Assembly: GCA_034432935.1 (NCBI GenBank)
Contig: DAOUBD010000005.1
Span: forward strand, 1,054-65,053
DNA from: Dehalococcoidia bacterium
Lineage (GTDB): Bacteria > Chloroflexota > Dehalococcoidia > SM23-28-2 > RBG-16-64-32
Direction of reading: 5' to 3'
Length of the DNA stretch: 64,000 nt
The position numbers and the translations under genes were made by a program. The notes beneath the pieces are model-generated. The model worked only from the letters and a program-made list of their open reading frames with translations, was not told where the DNA came from and did no database searches. Every line of letters begins with the position of its first letter. Within the stretch, counting starts at the first letter, position 1. This document shows positions 58,885-64,000 of this stretch, piece by piece.

Positions 58885-59397
58885 GTGAGTCTGTTTCTTG
58901 TGACGTTCGACCCGCGGCTAGAGCTCCACCCTATGCTGGTGCACTTTCCCATCGTGCTCCTCTTGGGCAGCTTTGTCTTCGATGCCGCCGGCTGGGCCCT
59001 CCGGCGGGACTGGCTGCACCGGGCCGGCCTGGCCTGTCTCGCCGTTGGGGTCTTAGGTACGGCGGCCGCTGTGGTGACGGGGTTCGTCACCCCCGAGGCC
59101 GGCGAGGTGGGCATCGGTTTCCACACTAGCGGGGGCCTCCGGGGGTTCTTTTCCGGCAGCAAGGTGGACGTCCACCAGAACCTGGCGCTGCTCCTCATGG
59201 CCGCAACGGCTATGTGGCTGATCATACGGCTGGCCCTCTGGGGACGGTCGGCAGCCTGGAAGCGAGCGTATCTCGGCTTTGGCTTGGTGGTAGTGGCGCT
59301 GGTGGTGCTCACCGGCTACTACGGCGGCGAGATCGTATACGGCCCGAAGGTGACCATCAGCCGCTTGAGTGACACCCAGTTCCAAAAAGGCAACTAG
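58885..59397 (+). CDS. DUF2231-like integral membrane protein
   Basis: HPMLVHFPI motif and 4 predicted TM helices. Confidence 0.5.
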   Translation: MSLFLVTFDPRLELHPMLVHFPIVLLLGSFVFDAAGWALRRDWLHRAGLACLAVGVLGTAAAVVTGFVTPEAGEVGIGFHTSGGLRGFFSGSKVDVHQNLALLLMAATAMWLIIRLALWGRSAAWKRAYLGFGLVVVALVVLTGYYGGEIVYGPKVTISRLSDTQFQKGN

Positions 59398-59400
59398 CCC

Positions 59401-59967
59401 GTGGTGAAGGGCAGGAAAGCAGAAAGGAGAGAGGCATTGAGCAAGTGGTGGGTCGTTCTGGCGCTAAGCGCTGCTATCCTGCTGACCGCGGCAGCCTGTT
59501 CCAGCGGTGGCTCCAACGGCAGCCCGGGCGCCTCTAGGGCTGCGAACGGCGGAGCTGCGGGAGGGCAGCAGGCCAGCGAGAACTCCGGCTCCGCGCCCGG
59601 CCAGCCACCGGGTGTGAAGCTGTGCGAGGTGGGCGAGTCAGGAGAGCAGAGCGAAAGCGGCGAGTCCGCCGGACAAGAGGCGGCCGAGACCAAGATCCCC
59701 TGTATCACCATCGATGTCAGCGACCAGGCCGTTACCTTGGGCGCGCCCTTGGTGAATCAGGGCCCCCTAGAGCTCATCATCAACAACCTGGGCTCCACTG
59801 AGCACACCATCGTGATATCAGGGCCCATTCAGGGGAACACCGGGCCCATCAAGCCGGGGCAGACAGCGCGCTTGAGGGGCCGGATAGCCACCGGCGACTA
59901 TGACATCTATAGCGTGAAGGGCGATCAGAAGGAGGCTGGCCTGGAGGCCACGCTGAAGGTGCAGTAG
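59401..59967 (+). CDS. lipoprotein with cupredoxin-like C-terminal domain (hypothetical)
   Basis: Lipobox LTAAAC, a Gly/Ser/Glu-rich linker and a ~100-aa beta-rich C-terminal domain. Both the start and the function are uncertain. Confidence 0.35.
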   Translation: MVKGRKAERREALSKWWVVLALSAAILLTAAACSSGGSNGSPGASRAANGGAAGGQQASENSGSAPGQPPGVKLCEVGESGEQSESGESAGQEAAETKIPCITIDVSDQAVTLGAPLVNQGPLELIINNLGSTEHTIVISGPIQGNTGPIKPGQTARLRGRIATGDYDIYSVKGDQKEAGLEATLKVQ

Positions 59968-59977
59968 CCCGCCGGCC

Positions 59978-60784
59978 CTAAGGGGCCGGCGAGGCGGCGG
60001 GTGCTAGTCTTATGGGCAGGGGCCCGGAGTTCAGTTCGGCCGCCAGGATTCGGGCCTCCTCTAGACCGATGCCGCTGATGACGGCGCTGCCGTTGGTGAT
60101 GGCCCGCATGATGCGAGGCGCCGCAATGAGCCTACCGTCAAGGAAGACCCCGAAGGGGTAGCCGGTAAGGGCCCTCGTCAGCGCCTCCAGAATACGGCTG
60201 CCATCGTCGCCAAAGCGCACGACCAGCGATACCGACGGGTCCTCTCGCACGCTCCAGCCGCTTGGCTGGATGAGGTCCGGGGTCAGGGCCCGCGGCACCC
60301 CGTCGTCGTCGATGGCTGCGGGCTGCCACTCCGCCTGGCCCGGGTACGTCCCGCCGAAGCAGCGGGCCAACTGCCGGCTGGCCGGGTCGGGGTTGACCAA
60401 CTGGGGAGGCACGCCGAAGAGGTCGCCCTCAGCTGTCCGGCAGACGATGTAGCCGTTGGCATCGATAACGGGGCGGCGGAACTCCAGCATCGCCACCTCC
60501 GTCGCCAGGCGCTCAACCACCGCCTGGTCCACGCCCCGAACCCTCACCGAAATCCCATCGCTGGACTGCACTTCGACGCCGATCTCGGAGGCTCCGTAGG
60601 AGACCAAGCGATCGTTGATAACGCGGGCGGCCTGCTCCAAAACGCCCTGAGGATCTTGGTCAGGTGGCAGGTCTGAAGGGTTGGCCTGAACTGCAATCTG
60701 GACAGCCGGCAACCCGCTGCCGCAGGCCGCTGTGAGGGCGGCCAGAGCCAGGGCCAGGGCCAAGAAGACGAAACGCCGGCTCAC
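59978..60784 (-). CDS. lipoprotein, SecD-P1-head-like periplasmic domain (hypothetical)
   Basis: Signal peptide plus lipobox LTAAC. ISVRVRGVDQAVVERLATEVAMLEFR resembles the SecD periplasmic head. Confidence 0.4.
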   Translation of the reverse strand: MSRRFVFLALALALAALTAACGSGLPAVQIAVQANPSDLPPDQDPQGVLEQAARVINDRLVSYGASEIGVEVQSSDGISVRVRGVDQAVVERLATEVAMLEFRRPVIDANGYIVCRTAEGDLFGVPPQLVNPDPASRQLARCFGGTYPGQAEWQPAAIDDDGVPRALTPDLIQPSGWSVREDPSVSLVVRFGDDGSRILEALTRALTGYPFGVFLDGRLIAAPRIMRAITNGSAVISGIGLEEARILAAELNSGPLPIRLAPAASPAP

Positions 60785-61620
60785 CGGGTGGCGCGCCGGA
60801 GCGCCTCGTTGAGGGACCCGGTACGGTAGCCCGCTAGGTCCAGGGTGACATAAAGGTAGCCGATCTCCTTGAGACGCTCGGCCACCTCGCGTCGCCTGGA
60901 CATGACGACGCCAGCTCCGTCATCGTCGACTTCGATGCGGGCCACGGCGTCGCCGGCGGGAAGGACGTGGTGCCTGACCCTCACCTGCCGCACACCGAGG
61001 GAGCGCAGGTACTCCTCGGCCCGGCCGATCCGGTCGAGGCTCTCCACCGTCACGGGGGTCCCGTAGGGGATGCGAGAGGCGAGGCAGGCCATGGCCGGCT
61101 TGTCCCACGTCGGCAGGCCCCGCTGCCGCGAGAGTTCCCGGATTTCGCTCTTGGTTAGGCCTGCCTCTAGCAGCGGGCTGCGGACGTTGTGCTTCTCCGC
61201 TGCGCGCCGCCCCGGCCGGTAGTCCCCCGCATCGTCCAGGTTGCAGCCGTCCAACACACAGGCGTAGCCCCTCTGGCGGGCGATACGGCCAAGCAGCCCG
61301 TACAGGCCATCCTTGCAGTGGTAACAGCGGTCCGGGCCGTTCTTCACGTACTCGGGATTGTCCATCTCCGGGGTCTCGATGACCTCGTGGGGGATGCCGA
61401 TGCGGCGCGCTAGATCCCGAGCCTCTTGGACTTCCCGCTCTGGGACCGATGGCGAGACGCCGGTGATGGCCAGGGAACGCTGCCCCAGCACCTCTTGGGC
61501 GACGGATGCCAGAAAGGCGGAATCGCTGCCCCCAGAGAAGGCCACGATGGCCGATGGCATCTCGCCTAGGAGGGTGCGCAGGCGCCGCAGCTTGTCTTGG
61601 GCAGATGGTTCGGCGGTCAC
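60781..61620 (-). CDS. PP-loop ATP-dependent sulfur transferase, LarE/TIGR00268 family
   Basis: PP-loop SGGSDS and a Cys-containing motif. The longest ORF runs into repeat locus 4, so the start is probably internal. Confidence 0.6.
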   Translation of the reverse strand: MTAEPSAQDKLRRLRTLLGEMPSAIVAFSGGSDSAFLASVAQEVLGQRSLAITGVSPSVPEREVQEARDLARRIGIPHEVIETPEMDNPEYVKNGPDRCYHCKDGLYGLLGRIARQRGYACVLDGCNLDDAGDYRPGRRAAEKHNVRSPLLEAGLTKSEIRELSRQRGLPTWDKPAMACLASRIPYGTPVTVESLDRIGRAEEYLRSLGVRQVRVRHHVLPAGDAVARIEVDDDGAGVVMSRRREVAERLKEIGYLYVTLDLAGYRTGSLNEALRRATR

Positions 61621-61687
61621 AGCGCTAATGATAGCACCTGCAGGCGCGCGGCGGCTGGCCGGCTCATGCCAAGGCCCCCGTAAGCCC

Positions 61688-61769
61688 CCGCTCATGCTGA
61701 GGCTCTCGAAGCATGAGCCGTCGTGGCCTTAGGCTCCGCTCGCCCTTCGAGTGCCTCAGGGCGAGCGGG
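61688..61769. repeat. double-hairpin interspersed repeat, locus 4 (A + B)
   Basis: CCGCTCATGCTGAGGCTCTCGAAGCATGAGCCG, then a 15-nt spacer, then CCGCTCGCCCTTCGAGTGCCTCAGGGCGAGCGGG. Confidence 0.85.
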
Positions 61770-61861
61770 AAGGGATGTTGCGCCTGATGCCCGCCGCCGG
61801 GGCGGCGGATACAATAGGAGGGCGCGATCTGGTTTCGCCGGGCCACTGGAAGGAGAGACGG

Positions 61862-63082
61862 ATGAGGGATGTAGCTATCGTCGGGGCAGCCATGACCCGT
61901 TTCGGGAAGTACCCGGACCGGGGGCTCAAGGACCTGAGCCGGGAGGCTGTTGAGCAGGCGCTCGCCGCCGCCGGAATGGACAAGCGGGCCCTGGAGGTGG
62001 CCATCGTAGGCAACGCTGCCGCGGGGATCATCACCGGCCAAGAGTGCATCCGCGCCGAGGTGATCCTGCGGGAGATGGGGATCGACAAGATCCCCATGGT
62101 CAACACTGAGAACGCCTGTGCCAGCTCATCAACGGCCCTTCAGTTGGGCTGGCTGTACGTCGCCTCTGGCATGTATGACGTGGCCCTGGTCTTGGGCGTC
62201 GAGAAGATGTACATCGAGGACAAGGCCAAGTCCATGGCGGCCTTCAGCGCTGGCGTCGACGTGGAGCAACTGCGGCTCATCATGCAGCAGGTCAAGCCGC
62301 CATCGGAGCAGGCGGCGGGAGCGGAGAGCGGCGCTGGAAAGTCCCGCAGCCTCTTTATGGACCTGTACGCCGCCGGCGCCCGCGCCCACATGGCGCGCTA
62401 TGGGACGACAAAGGAGCAGTTCGCCCGCATCGCCGTGAAGAACCACTTCAACGGCAGCTTGAATCCCCACGCCCAGTACCGCGAGCGCTACACTCTCGAG
62501 GATATCCTGGCTTCCCCCCTGGTGGCGGAGCCGCTGACCCGCCTCATGTGCGCTCCCATCGGCGATGGCGCGGCAGCCGCAGTGCTGGCGTGTGCGGAGA
62601 AGGCCCGGCAGTTCACCAGCAAGCCGGTCTGGATCCGCGGCTCGGCCCTCGTCTCAGGCTCCGATAACCCGGCGGCGGATGGAAAGATCAGCGCCCGGGC
62701 GGCCCAGAGGGCCTTCGACATGGCCGGCATGACACCGCGGGACGTCAACGTCATCGAGCTGCACGACGCCTCGGCGCCGGCGGAGCTCATGCTGTATGAG
62801 GAGCTTGGCCTGTGCCCGGAGGGCGAAGGCGGCAGGCTCATCGAGGAGGGGATCACGGAGCTGGGAGGGACCCTGCCTGTGAACACCAGCGGCGGGCTCA
62901 TCGCCAAGGGCCACCCCGTCGGCGCCACCGGCGTCGCCCAGGCCTTCGAGATCTGGCTCCAGTTGCGCGGCGAGGCAGGCGACCGCCAGGTGCCCGGCGC
63001 CAAGGTGGGGATGACCCACAATGGCGGCGGCATGGTGCGCGGCGAGGCGGCCGCCACGGCTGTGCACATCTTCAGTGTGTAG
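61862..63082 (+). CDS. thiolase-like protein (SCP-x/lipid-transfer-protein type), second copy
   Basis: Paralog of the 12034..13182 product (MRDVAIVGAAMTRFGKYPD..., NACASSSTAL, C-terminal GHPVGATG). The start is taken downstream of the repeat. Confidence 0.7.
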   Translation: MRDVAIVGAAMTRFGKYPDRGLKDLSREAVEQALAAAGMDKRALEVAIVGNAAAGIITGQECIRAEVILREMGIDKIPMVNTENACASSSTALQLGWLYVASGMYDVALVLGVEKMYIEDKAKSMAAFSAGVDVEQLRLIMQQVKPPSEQAAGAESGAGKSRSLFMDLYAAGARAHMARYGTTKEQFARIAVKNHFNGSLNPHAQYRERYTLEDILASPLVAEPLTRLMCAPIGDGAAAAVLACAEKARQFTSKPVWIRGSALVSGSDNPAADGKISARAAQRAFDMAGMTPRDVNVIELHDASAPAELMLYEELGLCPEGEGGRLIEEGITELGGTLPVNTSGGLIAKGHPVGATGVAQAFEIWLQLRGEAGDRQVPGAKVGMTHNGGGMVRGEAAATAVHIFSV

Positions 63083-63133
63083 CGGGAGCCCCGGTCCCGC
63101 GACCGCTGGCCCGCCAGCAGCGGGCGTGGCGCC

Positions 63134-64000
63134 CTATGGGGTTATCGCGATCTTGAGGACCCCTTCCGCCTTGCTGCGGAAGAGTTCGTAGCCCTTGGCG
63201 ATCTCCTCCAACTTCAGGCGGTGGGTGAAGAGGGGGCTCAGGTCTACGTTCCCATAGCGGATGATGTTCATTAGGTGCTCCAGCCGGTCATGGCCGGATG
63301 GGCAAAGGGTGGTGACTATCTGCCTGTGCAGGAAGGAGGGCGCCAGGGTGGGCATCGATAGGGCCGGAGTCAGGCCATAGACGCCAACGGAGGACACCGT
63401 GCCGCCCTTCCGTACGACGCGGGTACAGGCCTCGAAGGTGGCCTGGGTCCCGACGGCCTCGACGGCAACGTCGACGCCGGCGCCGTCGGTCAGGGCCATG
63501 ATCTCGGTTACGGGGTCCTTCTCCTTGGGGTTGATGGTGACGTTGGCCCCAAAACGCTTGGCCATCTCCAGACGCTCCGGCAAGGCGTCGACGGCGATGA
63601 TGAGGCCGCAGCCCCTGGCCCTGGCACCGGCCGTGGCGCAGAGGCCGACGGGCCCCTGCGCGAAGATGGCCACCGAGTCCCCGATGCCAGCGCCGCCCCG
63701 CTCGATGGCGCCGAAGCCGGTAGACATGATGTCCGTAACCAACACGGCATGCTCGTCGCTGACGCCTTCCGGCACCTTGGCGGCGTTGACCTCCGCCCAT
63801 GGGATTACGTAGTACTCCGCCTGGCAGCCGAACATCACCCGGCCGCCGCCCGTGCAACTGCTTACATCCACCCTCATGCACTCATGGCAGGTGCCGCAGC
63901 CCGGCATGCAGGAGCCGACAACGCGGTCGCCGGGCTTGAAGCGCGTGACCCCGGGGCCGACTTCGTGGACGATGCCCACACCCTCGTGTCCCATGGGAAG
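63134..64000 (-). CDS. zinc-dependent alcohol dehydrogenase (MDR family), C-terminal ~290 aa; N-terminus beyond window end
   Basis: Contains GHEGVGIV, a structural-zinc Cys cluster CGTCHEC and the Rossmann motif GPVG. Confidence 0.75.
   Translation of the reverse strand, partial: LPMGHEGVGIVHEVGPGVTRFKPGDRVVGSCMPGCGTCHECMRVDVSSCTGGGRVMFGCQAEYYVIPWAEVNAAKVPEGVSDEHAVLVTDIMSTGFGAIERGGAGIGDSVAIFAQGPVGLCATAGARARGCGLIIAVDALPERLEMAKRFGANVTINPKEKDPVTEIMALTDGAGVDVAVEAVGTQATFEACTRVVRKGGTVSSVGVYGLTPALSMPTLAPSFLHRQIVTTLCPSGHDRLEHLMNIIRYGNVDLSPLFTHRLKLEEIAKGYELFRSKAEGVLKIAITP

Overview
High-GC (~68%) bacterial chromosomal window, probably Chloroflexota/Thermomicrobia-like or actinobacterial; the lineage cannot be assigned from sequence alone. 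Most of the window is housekeeping genes in three conserved blocks. Block 1: a sufBCDSU Fe-S assembly operon, divergent from a class-I cysteine desulfurase and a solitary nuoB, with nuoI-nuoG at the left edge. Block 2: the rpsB-tsf-pyrH-frr-uppS-cdsA-dxr-rseP-ispG cluster. Block 3: a nadA-nadB-nadC operon. Accessory content includes a nickel superoxide dismutase gene with its dedicated S26 maturation protease (sodN/sodX), a coxMSL-type molybdenum hydroxylase operon with mocA, a MarR-MFS efflux pair, a Mod/Tup-like ABC transporter, a tandem AhbA/AhbB-like siroheme decarboxylase pair and hyuAB hydantoinase genes. Three features stand out as least described. (i) A family of interspersed double-hairpin palindromic repeats (REP/BIME- or MITE-like) occurs at four intergenic loci, one of them a 3x tandem array, and brackets the hyuAB locus. 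(ii) Two adjacent paralogous membrane proteins combine an N-terminal J-domain, one transmembrane helix and one or two C-terminal FKBP isomerase domains. (iii) A GYD-domain gene sits immediately upstream of a gene in which a paralogous GYD domain is fused to a PlsC-type acyltransferase. No CRISPR array, rRNA, tRNA or obvious prophage was seen. Coordinates of gene starts are approximate wherever the longest ORF over-extends.
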